Source: Alphaproteobacteria bacterium
Lineage (GTDB): Bacteria; Pseudomonadota; Alphaproteobacteria; UBA828
Assembly: GCA_965237415.1 (NCBI GenBank)
Contig: CBDEFM010000001.1
Coordinates: forward strand, 448,001 to 512,000
Reading direction: 5' to 3'
DNA length: 64,000 nt
A program made the translations under genes and the position numbers. The notes beneath the pieces are model-generated. The model made no database searches. It was not told the DNA's origin and saw only the letters and a program-made list of their open reading frames with translations. This document shows, piece by piece, positions 42,215-52,479 of the stretch. Position 1 is the first letter of the stretch, and each line of letters begins with the position of its first letter.

Positions 42215-44662
42215 TCAGCCCCTGACGCGCTCGGATCGGGGGTCGTAGAGGGGGCGGAGGCTGGCCTTCGTGGGGTAGCGGATGCCTGCGACCTCGATCT
42301 CGTAGCGGCCGGCGGCCACGTAGTCGTCGTCCACACCCGCCGCGTTCTCCACATAGCCGAGGCCGACCGCGCCGCCGAGGGTGTGGCCGTACATGCCTGA
42401 GCGCACATAGCCCGCGATCGCATCGTCCCGCCAGATCGGCTCGTTGTGGTAGAGCAGCGGCTCGGGGTCTTCGAGGAGGAACTGCACGAGCCGCTGGCGC
42501 ACGCCTTCCTCCCGCTGGCGCAGCAGCGCATGGCGTCCGATGAAGGGCTCGGGCTTGTCGAGCTTGACGGCGAAGCCGAGGCCGGCCTCCAGAGGCGTGT
42601 CCGCATCGGTGATGTCGTGGCCGTAGTGGCGGTAGGCCCTCTCGATCCTGAGCGAGTTCATGGCGTGCATGCCGACATGGCGGAGCCCCACGTCCTCCCC
42701 GGCGTCGACCAGCGCGTCGTAGATGCCCGCCGCGAACTCGGTCGGGATGTAGAGCTCCCATCCAAGCTCGCCCACGTAGGTGATGCGCGACGCGCGGGCG
42801 CAGGCGTAGCCAAGCTCGATCTCCCGGCTGCTGCCGAAGGGAAAGGCCTCGTTACCGAGATCGTCCGGGCTCAGAGATTGCAACAGGTCGCGCGCAAGGG
42901 GGCCCATGACGCCGAGCACGGCGAGGCCCGAGGTCACATCGGTGAGTACCGCGTGCGCGCCTTCCGGGATGTGGCGCTTGAGCCAGAGGGAATCCCGCAC
43001 CTGGAACTCGCCGGAGGTCACGATCAGATAATCGTCGTCTGCGAGCCTGGTGACGGTGAGATCGGCCTCGATGCCGCCCGCATCGTTGAGCCACTGGGTG
43101 TAGACGATGCGGCCGGGCGGCACGTCCACCTCGTTGGCGGAGACCCGGCCCAGCACCCGCGCGGCGTCGCGGCCCTGGAGGCGGAACTTGGCGAAGGAGG
43201 TCTGGTCGAGAAGGCCCACCCCGTCACGCACCGCCCGGTGCTCCTCCGCCGAACAGGCAAACCAGTTCTGGCGGCCGAAGCTGTACTCGTAGCAGGGCTC
43301 CATGCCTTGCGCCGCGTACCAGTTCGGCCGCTCCCAGCCGAAGGCCTCGCCGTGGCACGCGCCGCGCGCCGCAAGGCGATCGTGAAACGGCGAGCGGCGC
43401 ACCCCCCGCGCGGTCGCGTATTGGCGGAAGGGCCAATGGTTGTCGTAGAGCAGGCCGAGGGTCTCGCTCACCCGCTCGCGCAGATACCGCCGGTTGGTCT
43501 GGAAGGGCAGGTTGCGGCGTATATCCACGTCCCACATGTCGACGAGCGGCCGTCCGGTCTTGATGCATTCGGCCAGCACCCGGCCTGCGCCGCCGGCCGA
43601 CTGGATGCCGATGGAGTTGAACCCGGCGGCGACGTAGCAGCCGGCGAGCCCGGGCGCCTCGCCGAGATGATAGCGGTCGTCGGGCGTGAAGCTCTCGGGC
43701 CCGCAGAAGAAGGTCTGGATGCCGGCGTCGGCCAGCGCCGGCATGCGCTTCAGCGCGTGCATCAGCACCGGCTCGAAGTGCTCGTAGTCGTTGGGCAGCT
43801 GGTCGAAGCAGAAATCCTCGGGGATTCCGTCCATGCCCCAGGGCTTGGCCTCCGGCTCGAAGGCGCCGAGCAGGATCTTGCCCGCGTCCTCCTTGTAATA
43901 GGCGCAGCCGTCGTAGTCGCGCAGCACGGGCAGGTCCGGCGTCACGCCCTCGAAGGGGTCCGTCATCACGTAAAAGTGCTCGCAGGCGTGGAGCGGCACG
44001 TGGACGCCGATCGTGGCCGCAAGCTCGCGCGTCCACATGCCGGCTGACAGCACCACAGTCTCCGCCGCGATGGTGCCCTCCGAAGTCTCGACGCCGGTGA
44101 CCCGCTCGCCGTCATGGGCAATGGCGGTGACGGGGACCCCCTCGCGGATCAGTGCGCCGCCGGCCCGCGCGCCCATGGCGAGCGCCCGGGTCACGTCGAT
44201 GGGGTTGGCCTGGCCGTCGGAGGGGATGAAGATCCCGCCCACCACGTCGTCGACGGCGACCAGCGGGTAGCGATCCTTGATCTCGTCCGGGCCGAGCACG
44301 TCGACACGGAGATCGAATACCTTGGCCATGGAGGCGCTGCGCTTCAGCTCCTCGAAGCGGCCCGGCGTGGTGGCGAGGGATATCGAGCCGTTCTGCTTGA
44401 ATCCGGTCGCCTGGCCCGTCTCCGCTTCGAGGCCCGTGTAGAGCTCGGCCGTGTACTTGGCGAGCTCAGTCATCCGCTTCGAGGGGCGGAGCTGGCCGAT
44501 AAGGCCCGCGGCGTGCCAGGTGGTGCCGCAGGTGAGCTCGCGGCGCTCCAGCAGCACCACGTCGGAAACACGCGCGCGAGCTAGGTGGTAGGCAACGGAA
44601 CAACCCACCACCCCGCCGCCGACGATGACGACCCGTGCCGAGCGCGGCAGGTCCTGAGCCAT
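42215..44662 (-). CDS. GcvT-family FAD-dependent oxidoreductase (sarcosine/dimethylglycine dehydrogenase-like)
   Basis: GGGVVGCS, LTCGTTWHAAG, GPESFTPD, GWERPNW, SLRIE. Confidence 0.93.
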   Translation of the reverse strand: MAQDLPRSARVVIVGGGVVGCSVAYHLARARVSDVVLLERRELTCGTTWHAAGLIGQLRPSKRMTELAKYTAELYTGLEAETGQATGFKQNGSISLATTPGRFEELKRSASMAKVFDLRVDVLGPDEIKDRYPLVAVDDVVGGIFIPSDGQANPIDVTRALAMGARAGGALIREGVPVTAIAHDGERVTGVETSEGTIAAETVVLSAGMWTRELAATIGVHVPLHACEHFYVMTDPFEGVTPDLPVLRDYDGCAYYKEDAGKILLGAFEPEAKPWGMDGIPEDFCFDQLPNDYEHFEPVLMHALKRMPALADAGIQTFFCGPESFTPDDRYHLGEAPGLAGCYVAAGFNSIGIQSAGGAGRVLAECIKTGRPLVDMWDVDIRRNLPFQTNRRYLRERVSETLGLLYDNHWPFRQYATARGVRRSPFHDRLAARGACHGEAFGWERPNWYAAQGMEPCYEYSFGRQNWFACSAEEHRAVRDGVGLLDQTSFAKFRLQGRDAARVLGRVSANEVDVPPGRIVYTQWLNDAGGIEADLTVTRLADDDYLIVTSGEFQVRDSLWLKRHIPEGAHAVLTDVTSGLAVLGVMGPLARDLLQSLSPDDLGNEAFPFGSSREIELGYACARASRITYVGELGWELYIPTEFAAGIYDALVDAGEDVGLRHVGMHAMNSLRIERAYRHYGHDITDADTPLEAGLGFAVKLDKPEPFIGRHALLRQREEGVRQRLVQFLLEDPEPLLYHNEPIWRDDAIAGYVRSGMYGHTLGGAVGLGYVENAAGVDDDYVAAGRYEIEVAGIRYPTKASLRPLYDPRSERVRG

Positions 44663-45333
44663 CAGGAGCTCCCCGCCGCGTGTGCCGGCGCGAGTTGCCT
44701 GATCTCGCTGAGCGCCGATTCGAGGTCGCGCACCTCGGCCCAGCCGACCCGCATCATCTCGATCGCGGGCTCGTGCAGGTGCGGCAGCGTCGTCCCCGTG
44801 CACTCCTCGATCACGATGGGCTTGAAGTCGCGGAACATCGCGTCCTTCGAGGTCGCCGCGACGCATTGATTGGTGAGCACGCCTGTCATCAGCACCGTCT
44901 CCGCGCGCAAGCCCCGGAGGACCACCTCAAGATCGGTGCCGTAGAAGGCGCTGAGCCGCGTCTTCGCGACATACCAGTCGTCCGGTTGGGGGCTGAGGTC
45001 CGCCAGCACCTCCCAGCCCCAGGTCTCGCGCCTGAGGCCGCCCTCTGCAAGAAAGGGCCGGAGCTGCATGAACGGCCCGCCGTCCTCGACACCCCTGATG
45101 CCGTGGCGGGTCCAGACGATGGGGATTCCCTTCGTTCGCGCAGCCGCAAGCAGAGCCTTCAGCGGCTCGATGCAGCGCTGCATGTGGCCGATGTCGATGC
45201 CCTGCGCCGCATACCAGCCGTCTGGATGGAGAAAGTCGTTCTGCGCGTCGATTACGACGAGCGCCGTGCCCCCCGGCACCAGGTCCCAGTGCGCCGCCTC
45301 GAAGGGGGCGGCCTGCCTCTCTTCTCCCGTCAT
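44662..45333 (-). CDS. isochorismatase-family cysteine hydrolase
   Basis: VIDAQNDF, K.R.SAF.GT.L, G..TN.CV. Confidence 0.9.
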   Translation of the reverse strand: MTGEERQAAPFEAAHWDLVPGGTALVVIDAQNDFLHPDGWYAAQGIDIGHMQRCIEPLKALLAAARTKGIPIVWTRHGIRGVEDGGPFMQLRPFLAEGGLRRETWGWEVLADLSPQPDDWYVAKTRLSAFYGTDLEVVLRGLRAETVLMTGVLTNQCVAATSKDAMFRDFKPIVIEECTGTTLPHLHEPAIEMMRVGWAEVRDLESALSEIRQLAPAHAAGSS

Positions 45334-45470
45334 CGCGTGCCTTTCCGCCGCCTCTGCGCCGTCCGCTGCTGGGAGCGTATCACCCGGCTACGCAAAGTTT
45401 GAGAGCGCCCCCGACTCGTGACAGCGGCTTCACGTGTCAGTGCCCGCGAAATGGCGTATTCCCGGTCTCC

Positions 45471-46703
45471 ATGAGCGGAGGCAGAAGCGGCACAGGCGCA
45501 GGCAGCGGCGCGGGGCGGGAACCCGCGGCGCGCGTCTTCATGGCCTTTCTCCTGCTGGGGCTCACCTCGTTCGGCGGGCCGGTGGCGCACATCGGCTATT
45601 TTCGCGAGGCCTTCGTCACGCGCCGGCGCTGGATCGAGGACCGCGCCTATGCGGACCTCGTCGCGCTTTGCCAGATGCTGCCGGGGCCGACCTCCAGCCA
45701 GGTGGGCATCGGCATCGGGCTCGCGAAGGCGGGGCTTCCCGGCGCCGCAGCAGCGTGGGTGGGCTTCACGCTGCCTTCGGCGGCGCTCATGGTGGCCTTC
45801 GGTTACGGCGTCGTGGCCTATGAGGAGGCGATCCCCGCAGGCGCCCTGCAGGGGTTGAAGGTCGTCGCCGCGGCGGTGGTGGCGCAGGCGGTGTGGGGCA
45901 TGGCGCGGACGCTCTGCCCCGACGCACCGCGCGCGACGGTGGCCGTGCTCGCCGCCATCGCCGCCGTGCTGGCGCCCTCCGTCGTGACCCATGTCGCGAT
46001 CATCGCCGCAGGCGCGCTGGCCGGCCTGCTCTTCCTGCGCCCGGCCGAGAGCGCCCATGACGCCTCCCTCGGGATCGCGGTGGACAGGCGGCTCGCCGTG
46101 CTGCTGCTCGCTCTCTTCCTCGCGCTGCTCGTCGCGCTCCCGATCTTGGCCGCCGCCTGGCCGGCGGAGGCGCTGAGCCTGGTGGACGGCTTCTATCGCT
46201 CCGCGTCCCTGGTCTTCGGCGGCGGTCACGTCGTGCTACCGCTGTTGCAGGCGGAGGTGGTGCCGCCCGGTTGGGTCGCGAACGAGACCTTCATCGCAGG
46301 CTACGGTGCCGCGCAGGCGGTGCCGGGGCCGCTCTTCACCTTCGCCGCCTACCTCGGTGCAGTGGCGGGCATCGGGCCGGGCGGCGTGCTGGGCGGCCTG
46401 CTCTGCCTGGCCGCAGTCTTCGCGCCCTCGTTCCTCCTGGTGGTGGGCGCGCTTCCCTTCTGGGAGCGGCTGCGGCGCATTGCGCTGGCCGACCGTGCGA
46501 TGCTGGGCGTTAACGCGGCGGTCGTGGGTCTGCTCGGCGCCGCCTTCTACGACCCGATCTGGATTAGCGGCATCCGCACGCCACCAGACCTCGCGCTCGG
46601 GCTCGCGGCATTCGTGCTGCTCGCCTTCTGGAAGGTGCCGCCCTGGGCCGTGGTGATTCTGGGCGCGCTCGCGGGCTGGGGGATCGGTGCGCTCCAAGGC
46701 TGA
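45471..46703 (+). CDS. chrA: chromate efflux transporter
   Basis: SFGGPVAHIGYF, CQMLPGPTSSQ, FGGGHVVLP, QAVPGPLF. Confidence 0.93.
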   Translation: MSGGRSGTGAGSGAGREPAARVFMAFLLLGLTSFGGPVAHIGYFREAFVTRRRWIEDRAYADLVALCQMLPGPTSSQVGIGIGLAKAGLPGAAAAWVGFTLPSAALMVAFGYGVVAYEEAIPAGALQGLKVVAAAVVAQAVWGMARTLCPDAPRATVAVLAAIAAVLAPSVVTHVAIIAAGALAGLLFLRPAESAHDASLGIAVDRRLAVLLLALFLALLVALPILAAAWPAEALSLVDGFYRSASLVFGGGHVVLPLLQAEVVPPGWVANETFIAGYGAAQAVPGPLFTFAAYLGAVAGIGPGGVLGGLLCLAAVFAPSFLLVVGALPFWERLRRIALADRAMLGVNAAVVGLLGAAFYDPIWISGIRTPPDLALGLAAFVLLAFWKVPPWAVVILGALAGWGIGALQG

Positions 46704-48018
46704 ACCGCCGACCGCGGCAAGCGGTCCGCCGCGCGGGCTCGATCCGCTCATCGCGGTCATCGTCTGCTTCGGCGCGGTGTTCGTCCTGAGCCAGTTCTTC
46801 CGTGCGTCCAATGCCGTGATCGCCAAGACGCTGAGCGCGGAATTCGGCCTCTCGCCCGAGGCCCTCGGGCTGCTCACCGGCATGTTCTTCTTCGCCTTCG
46901 GCGCGGCGCAGATTCCATTGGGCATACTCTTCGACCGCTTCGGCGCACGACGAACGGTGCCCGTCGTGCTCACCGCCGCAATCGCGGGCTCGATCCTTTA
47001 CGGCCTCGCGGACGGAGAGGCGATGCTGATCGCGGGCCGCGTGCTGCTCGGCGTCGGCTGTTCGGGCGTGCTCATGGGCTCGCTCTTCCTCTTCGGCCAG
47101 TGGGCGCCCGCGGCCTCCTTCAGCACCTGGATGGGGCGGATGATCGCCATCGGCGGCGCCGGGGGGCTCCTCTCCACCACACCGCTCGCCGCAATCGCGG
47201 AAACGCTCGGCTGGCGCGTGGCCTTTTGGGGCGCGGCGGGGCTGACGGCGGCGGGCGCCATCGCCATCTACGCGCTGGCGCGGGACCGCCCCTCATCGGA
47301 GAGGGGCGGCGCGATCCCTGCCGAAGGGCTGCGCCAGAGCCTGAGCGGGGTCCGCGCCGCTCTCGCGACACCGGGGTTCCCGACGCTCACCCTGATGGGG
47401 TTTGCGTCCTATCCGGTGGTCATCACCGTGCTGGGCCTCTGGGGCGGACCCTTTCTCGCGGACCGTCACGGCCTTGGTCCGATCGATGCCGGCAACGCCC
47501 TGCTGGTCATGGCGGTCGCGCTGATCGTCACCAATCTCCTGCTCGGGCCGATCGAACGCCGGCTCGATACGCGCAAGGGGATCATTCTTGGTTGCGCTGC
47601 CCCCGTCGCCGGAGCGCTCGCGATGCTCGCCGCGCTGCCGGACCTCGCGACCTGGGCGGTGGTCCTTCTCTTCGCCGTGATCGGCGCCTGCGGCTCCTAC
47701 AACATTCTGCTGGCGGGCCACGCGCGCTCGCTGCTGCCCGACCGGCTCGCCGGGCGCGGCATGGCGCTCATGGCGATCGCCTTCATGGGCGGGCCGGCGG
47801 TGCTGCAGGCGCTGGGCGGAGTCATCGTCGGCGCCTTTCCCGCGACGGACGGCGTGGCGCCGGCCATCGCCTACCAGGCGCTCTTCGCCTTCCTCGCGGC
47901 CCTGGTTGCGCTGGCGTGCCTCGCCTACCTGCGAATTCCGGACGCGAAGCCGAGCGCGGGCTTCGCCGCAGATGTCAGGCACCCCTCTGACGAGCGGCCA
48001 ACGCCAGGCCCATCGTGA
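46687..48018 (+). CDS. MFS transporter
   Basis: About 12 hydrophobic segments; G.LFDRFGARR motif A. Confidence 0.88.
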   Translation: MRSKAEPPTAASGPPRGLDPLIAVIVCFGAVFVLSQFFRASNAVIAKTLSAEFGLSPEALGLLTGMFFFAFGAAQIPLGILFDRFGARRTVPVVLTAAIAGSILYGLADGEAMLIAGRVLLGVGCSGVLMGSLFLFGQWAPAASFSTWMGRMIAIGGAGGLLSTTPLAAIAETLGWRVAFWGAAGLTAAGAIAIYALARDRPSSERGGAIPAEGLRQSLSGVRAALATPGFPTLTLMGFASYPVVITVLGLWGGPFLADRHGLGPIDAGNALLVMAVALIVTNLLLGPIERRLDTRKGIILGCAAPVAGALAMLAALPDLATWAVVLLFAVIGACGSYNILLAGHARSLLPDRLAGRGMALMAIAFMGGPAVLQALGGVIVGAFPATDGVAPAIAYQALFAFLAALVALACLAYLRIPDAKPSAGFAADVRHPSDERPTPGPS

Positions 48019-48028
48019 ACCAGCCGGC

Positions 48029-49171
48029 TCAGCGCACCTCGTCGATGACGGCGGCGAGTGCCTCCAAGGAGCTCCGCCCGAGGCGGTGGCAGCGCGCTGG
48101 CGACCAGCCGTCGCGGGGATCGGGCGCGTTGGCCGCGTCCTTGAAGGGCATTTCCAGGGTCATGGCGAGGCAGCCGTAGGTCTCCGCCACATGATTGGCG
48201 CAGATGCGGAGGTTGGCTTTGCCGGGCGGCGTTGGCGAATAGCCGTACTTGGTCTGGAAATCCGGGTTCGCCGCCACGAGCGCGGCCTGAAAGCGCGCTA
48301 GCTTCTGCGCCAGCGCGTCGGTGTAGGACGGGATTCCCTCGGGCCCGGCGATGAAGTTGTAGGGCAAGGCCTCGTCGCCGTGGACATCGAGACAGAAATC
48401 GACACCGGTCCGCGCCATCTCCGCGCTGACCAGGAACACCTCCGGGCTCTGCTCCATGCTGGGCGCGGCCCAGGCGCGATTGAGGTTGACGCCCGCCGCG
48501 TTGGTCCTGAGATGCCCGCGGCGGCTGCCGTCGGGGTTCATGTTGGGCACCACGTAGAACCGCGCCTTCTCGAGCAGCGCGCGGGCGAGCGGATCGGCGG
48601 GGTCCAGCACCCGTTCGAGAAAACCCTCCATCCACCATTCGGCCATGGTCTCGCCGGGATGCTGGCGCCCGATGATCCAGCAGGTCCGCGCCCGTGCCCC
48701 GCCGATCTCCAGCAGGTCGAGCGGCGCGCCGTCGAGGGTTTGGCCTAGCCGCCGCGCGGTGACGAGAGACGAGCGGCCTGCGCGCGCGATAAGCTCGGCA
48801 TGGCGCGCCATCGGGTAGGGGGCGAAGTAGGCGAAGCGCACCTCGTCGCCGACGGGCCTGTGGCGGATCGTCAGCACCTTGCCGTCGTAGTCGGTCGCGA
48901 CGCGGGGCCAGTCCTCGCCGTCCTCCGAGGCGCAGGCGCGGTAATCCCGCCAGCCGTCCGGGTAGGTGGCGCCGCCGGCGTTCTCGATCCTGAGCACGCA
49001 GTCCTTGCCCGCGGCGCCGCGCACGCTGAAGTAGAACCACTGGAAGAACTCGCCGCCAGCGTCGGGCACGATCTCCAGCCTGATCCTGTCGGGCGCCCGA
49101 GCCGCGAGGCAGCGGATGTTGCCGTCGTCGAAATCGCTGTCGATGGTGAGGCTCAAGGCCGACCCCACCAT
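48029..49171 (-). CDS. M14 family zinc carboxypeptidase (cytosolic carboxypeptidase-like)
   Basis: FD.GNI, QWFYF, RQHPGE, PNMNPDG, NLNR, DVHGDE, TLEMPF. Confidence 0.9.
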   Translation of the reverse strand: MVGSALSLTIDSDFDDGNIRCLAARAPDRIRLEIVPDAGGEFFQWFYFSVRGAAGKDCVLRIENAGGATYPDGWRDYRACASEDGEDWPRVATDYDGKVLTIRHRPVGDEVRFAYFAPYPMARHAELIARAGRSSLVTARRLGQTLDGAPLDLLEIGGARARTCWIIGRQHPGETMAEWWMEGFLERVLDPADPLARALLEKARFYVVPNMNPDGSRRGHLRTNAAGVNLNRAWAAPSMEQSPEVFLVSAEMARTGVDFCLDVHGDEALPYNFIAGPEGIPSYTDALAQKLARFQAALVAANPDFQTKYGYSPTPPGKANLRICANHVAETYGCLAMTLEMPFKDAANAPDPRDGWSPARCHRLGRSSLEALAAVIDEVR

Positions 49172-49180
49172 CCGCTCGCG

Positions 49181-50464
49181 TCAGGTCGCATAGTTGGACG
49201 CACCGGGCTTGGCCGCCGTGAGGCCGCCGCGCCGCACGTCCGCCGCGACCTCGGCGAGGTCGACGAGGTAGGCGTCGATGCTCTCGGCGTGCTTCATGTT
49301 GATCCAGAGCAGGATCGAATCCGGCTCGCGCATGCGGATCGAGCGCCAGCCGCGCGCCGCCATCCCCTCCTCCACCGCGAAGATGTCGAAGCCCTCTGCA
49401 TAGAAGGTGACGTGGAGCGCGTGCGGGCGGCCGAGCACCGCAAGGCCCTCGATGGCGCCGATGCCCTCGATCAGGCGCTCACGGATGCGCCGCTGGGCCT
49501 CATGGATGCGGAGGTAGCCCTCCTCCCCCAGATGGGTCATCACAGCCCAGGCGCTTGCAACCCCGCCGCCCGAGCGGGTGCCGGTGATGGTGGGCGTCGA
49601 ATAGGTGCCGGCGGGCCAGCCGTCGAAAGTCGTGCGGTGGTAGCGCTCCAGCGCCCTATCGCGCAGCAGGCAGAGGGAGATGCCCTTATGAGCATAGCCG
49701 AACTTGTGCATGTCCACCGACATCGAGGTGACGCCGGGGACGGCGAAGTCGAACGGCGGGATCGCATCGCCCAGCGCCTTCATGAAGGGCAGGATCATGC
49801 CCCCGATGCAGCCGTCGGAATGCATCCAGAGGTCGTGCTCTCGAGCGAGCTGCGCGATCTCCTCGATGGGGTCGGTCTCGCCGTAGGGATAGGGCGGCGC
49901 GGAGCCCGCGATCATGACCGTGTTCTCGCCGATGGCATCGGCCATGCCGGCCACGTCTGCGCGCCAACCCTCGCTCCGGCCCATGCGCACGACCTTCATG
50001 CCGAGCCATTCCGCGCCCTTGTCGAAGGCGGCATGGGCGGTCTTCGGCACCACGACCTCGGGTGCGCCTGAAACCGGGCGATGCTCCCGCGCCCAGTCGC
50101 GCGCGGCCTTCATCGCCATGAGGATGCTCTCGGTGCCGCCGGCGGTGGTGGACCCGCCGGCGCCGTCGGGCGCGTGCAGGAGGTCGAGCACGCCCTCGAT
50201 CAGTTCGCGCTCGCGTGCGGCCAGGCTCGGATAGGCGCTCGCGGCGAAGAGGCCGTTCTCGTCCCGGTAAGCGTCGTAGGCCTCGTGCGCACAGCGCAGC
50301 ACATCCTCGCCGGCGAAGTAGGCGGCGGTGAAGCTCCGTTCGTGGCACCAGGGGTTGTCGCTCTCGCGGGCCGCCAGAATCTCGGCCTTGAGATCGTCCC
50401 AGGTCCGGCCCGTGGTGGGGAAGCCCCGGTTGCGGCGTTGCCCCGTCTCCGCTTTGAGTGCCAT
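49181..50464 (-). CDS. PLP-dependent group II decarboxylase / sphingosine-1-phosphate lyase-like
   Basis: T.GGTESI, AH.AFDK, GSAP.YPYG..DPI, H.D.CIGG, S.D.HKFGYA.KG. Confidence 0.85.
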   Translation of the reverse strand: MALKAETGQRRNRGFPTTGRTWDDLKAEILAARESDNPWCHERSFTAAYFAGEDVLRCAHEAYDAYRDENGLFAASAYPSLAARERELIEGVLDLLHAPDGAGGSTTAGGTESILMAMKAARDWAREHRPVSGAPEVVVPKTAHAAFDKGAEWLGMKVVRMGRSEGWRADVAGMADAIGENTVMIAGSAPPYPYGETDPIEEIAQLAREHDLWMHSDGCIGGMILPFMKALGDAIPPFDFAVPGVTSMSVDMHKFGYAHKGISLCLLRDRALERYHRTTFDGWPAGTYSTPTITGTRSGGGVASAWAVMTHLGEEGYLRIHEAQRRIRERLIEGIGAIEGLAVLGRPHALHVTFYAEGFDIFAVEEGMAARGWRSIRMREPDSILLWINMKHAESIDAYLVDLAEVAADVRRGGLTAAKPGASNYAT

Positions 50465-50703
50465 CGCCTCCTCCCGCCGCGCGGCGTGACGCCGGACGCC
50501 GCAGCCACGCCGCGTTCCGCCCCGGAGACATAGCAGATCGGAGGCCGGATGGAACGGTGGAGACACGCCGCCGCTGCGGTCTCGCCCCGTCGATGGGTTA
50601 CCGACCTCAACGCGCTGCCGGTCTTGCCGTAGCAGGCGATACGCTCTCAAACTCATCGCATCCCACGCGTTGGCGACCTTGAGGTTAGAAGGACCCTGGT
50701 TCG

Positions 50704-51333
50704 GTGCACAGCAATCCTGCCTTCCGGCGAGTCTCCCGGGACCGCAACTTGAGGTTCGCAGCGCAACGAGGGTTCGGCGTCCTGGCCATCGACGGCGCCG
50801 GCCTTCTTGTCAGCCACATTCCATTCGTTCTGGCCGAAGACGGCGCGGCGGTTCATGCCCATCTCGTTCGTTCGAATCCGATCGCGCGCCACTTGCGTGC
50901 GGAGGAACGGGCAGCCGTGCTCGCGGTCAGTGGACCGGACAGCTACATCTCACCGGACTGGTACGGGACCGGTACGGCGGATCAGGTTCCGACATGGAAC
51001 TATGTGGCCGTGCATATCCGGGGCACGCTCCAACGCCGCGCGGATGAGACGCTCCGCGCCCACCTGGACTCGCTGTCGGCGCGCTTCGAGAACGAGCTTC
51101 GGCCCAAGCCTCCGTGGATGCCATCGAAGGTGTCGCCAGACCAGCTTGGCAAGCTGATGCGCTCGATCATGCCGGTCGAGCTCTCCGTGGAGAGCGTGGA
51201 CGGCACCTGGAAGCTCAATCAGAACAAGGAAGAGAGCGTTCGTCTGCGGGCCGCACGGCATGTCGAGAGCGAAGGCTACGGGCAAGAAGCCGCTTCACTC
51301 GCCCTCCTGATGCGGAGCCCGCCAGACAGTTGA
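50704..51333 (+). CDS. FMN-binding PaiB-like protein
   Basis: SHIPF, HL.R.NP, GPD.YISPDWY, VPTWNYVAVH, KLNQNK. Confidence 0.88.
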   Translation: MHSNPAFRRVSRDRNLRFAAQRGFGVLAIDGAGLLVSHIPFVLAEDGAAVHAHLVRSNPIARHLRAEERAAVLAVSGPDSYISPDWYGTGTADQVPTWNYVAVHIRGTLQRRADETLRAHLDSLSARFENELRPKPPWMPSKVSPDQLGKLMRSIMPVELSVESVDGTWKLNQNKEESVRLRAARHVESEGYGQEAASLALLMRSPPDS

Positions 51334-51346
51334 CCTACCGCTTTCT

Positions 51347-51841
51347 CTACTGAGTATTAGCGATGTCCGCACTGACCGTACCGCCGGTGAGGCGTTCCAG
51401 CTCACCCAGGGTGGTAGCGAAAACGCAGTGCGGGTGGCCGGCGGCGGCGTAGACGGTCTCGAAGCGCCCAAGACTCGCGTCGATCGCGACAGGCAGCTTC
51501 GTCTCGTGCGCCACTGGGGCCACGCCGCCAATGGCGAAGCCCGTGGCGTCGCGCACGGCATCGGCATCGGCGCGGCGGACGCGGCCTTCGCGCCCCAGCG
51601 CACCGGCCAGCGCGGCCGTGTCGCAGCGGCGGTCGCCCGCGACCAGCGCCATCACCGGCGCCCCGCCTATGGTGAAGACCAGCGACTTCACGATGCTGCC
51701 CAAGGGCGTGCCGATACTCTGCGCCGCGTCCTCGGCACTCCGCGCGGTGCTGCTGAGGGCGATCACCTGCGCGTCCGACCCGGCGGCGGCGAGCGCCGCC
51801 TGCACCCGGCGCACCGCCGGATGGGCGAGCGGGTCCGCCAT
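51347..51841 (-). CDS. YbaK/EbsC aminoacyl-tRNA editing family protein
   Basis: IVKSLVF, TGFAIGGV.P, AAAG.P. Confidence 0.9.
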   Translation of the reverse strand: MADPLAHPAVRRVQAALAAAGSDAQVIALSSTARSAEDAAQSIGTPLGSIVKSLVFTIGGAPVMALVAGDRRCDTAALAGALGREGRVRRADADAVRDATGFAIGGVAPVAHETKLPVAIDASLGRFETVYAAAGHPHCVFATTLGELERLTGGTVSADIANTQ

Positions 51842-51851
51842 GTTCAGCCCC

Positions 51852-52469
51852 CTATTGCGGGACCTTGACGCCCCGCTGCACAGCCGGCCGCGCGCCGATG
51901 GTCTCGAACCAACGCTGCAGGTTCGGGTAGTCGGCCCAGTCGATGCCGTGCCACTCCCACCGCCCGACCCAGCCGAAGCAGGCGATGTCGGCGATGGAAT
52001 AGTCGCCGGCGAGGAAGTCGCGCTCCGCCAGCCGGCGATCCATCACGCCGTAGAGCCTGTGCGCCTCGGCGGTGTAGCGCTCGATGGCGTAAGGCACCTC
52101 CACCTTGGCGAAGCGGCGAAAATGGTTGGCCTGGCCGAACATCGGGCCGACGCCCCCCATCTGGAACATGAGCCACTCCATCACCCGCCAGCGGCCGCGC
52201 TCGTCAGCGGGGATCAGCTGGCCGGTCTTGTCGGCGAGATAGAGCAGGATCGCGCCCGATTCGAAGAGCGAGATCGGCTCGCCGTCCGGCCCGTCGGAAT
52301 CGACGATCGCCGGGATCTTGTTGTTCGGGCTGATCTTGAGGAATGCGGGCTCGAACTGCTCGTCTGCCCCGATGTTGACGGGATGGGTCCGGTAGGGGAG
52401 CCCGACCTCCTCCAGCATGATCGAGGCCTTGACCCCGTTCGGCGTGCCCCAGGTATAGAGGTCGATCAT
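51852..52469 (-). CDS. glutathione S-transferase (YfcG-like)
   Basis: TPNG.K, ISPNNKIPA, LFESGAIL, QMGGVGPM.GQ. Confidence 0.93.
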   Translation of the reverse strand: MIDLYTWGTPNGVKASIMLEEVGLPYRTHPVNIGADEQFEPAFLKISPNNKIPAIVDSDGPDGEPISLFESGAILLYLADKTGQLIPADERGRWRVMEWLMFQMGGVGPMFGQANHFRRFAKVEVPYAIERYTAEAHRLYGVMDRRLAERDFLAGDYSIADIACFGWVGRWEWHGIDWADYPNLQRWFETIGARPAVQRGVKVPQ

Positions 52470-52479
52470 TGCCTCTCTC

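Noticed and set aside
50600-50695. Hairpin-rich intergenic region (ACCTCAA...TTGAGGT) before the PaiB-like gene
   Set aside because: Short stems in GC-rich DNA and no recognisable riboswitch consensus.
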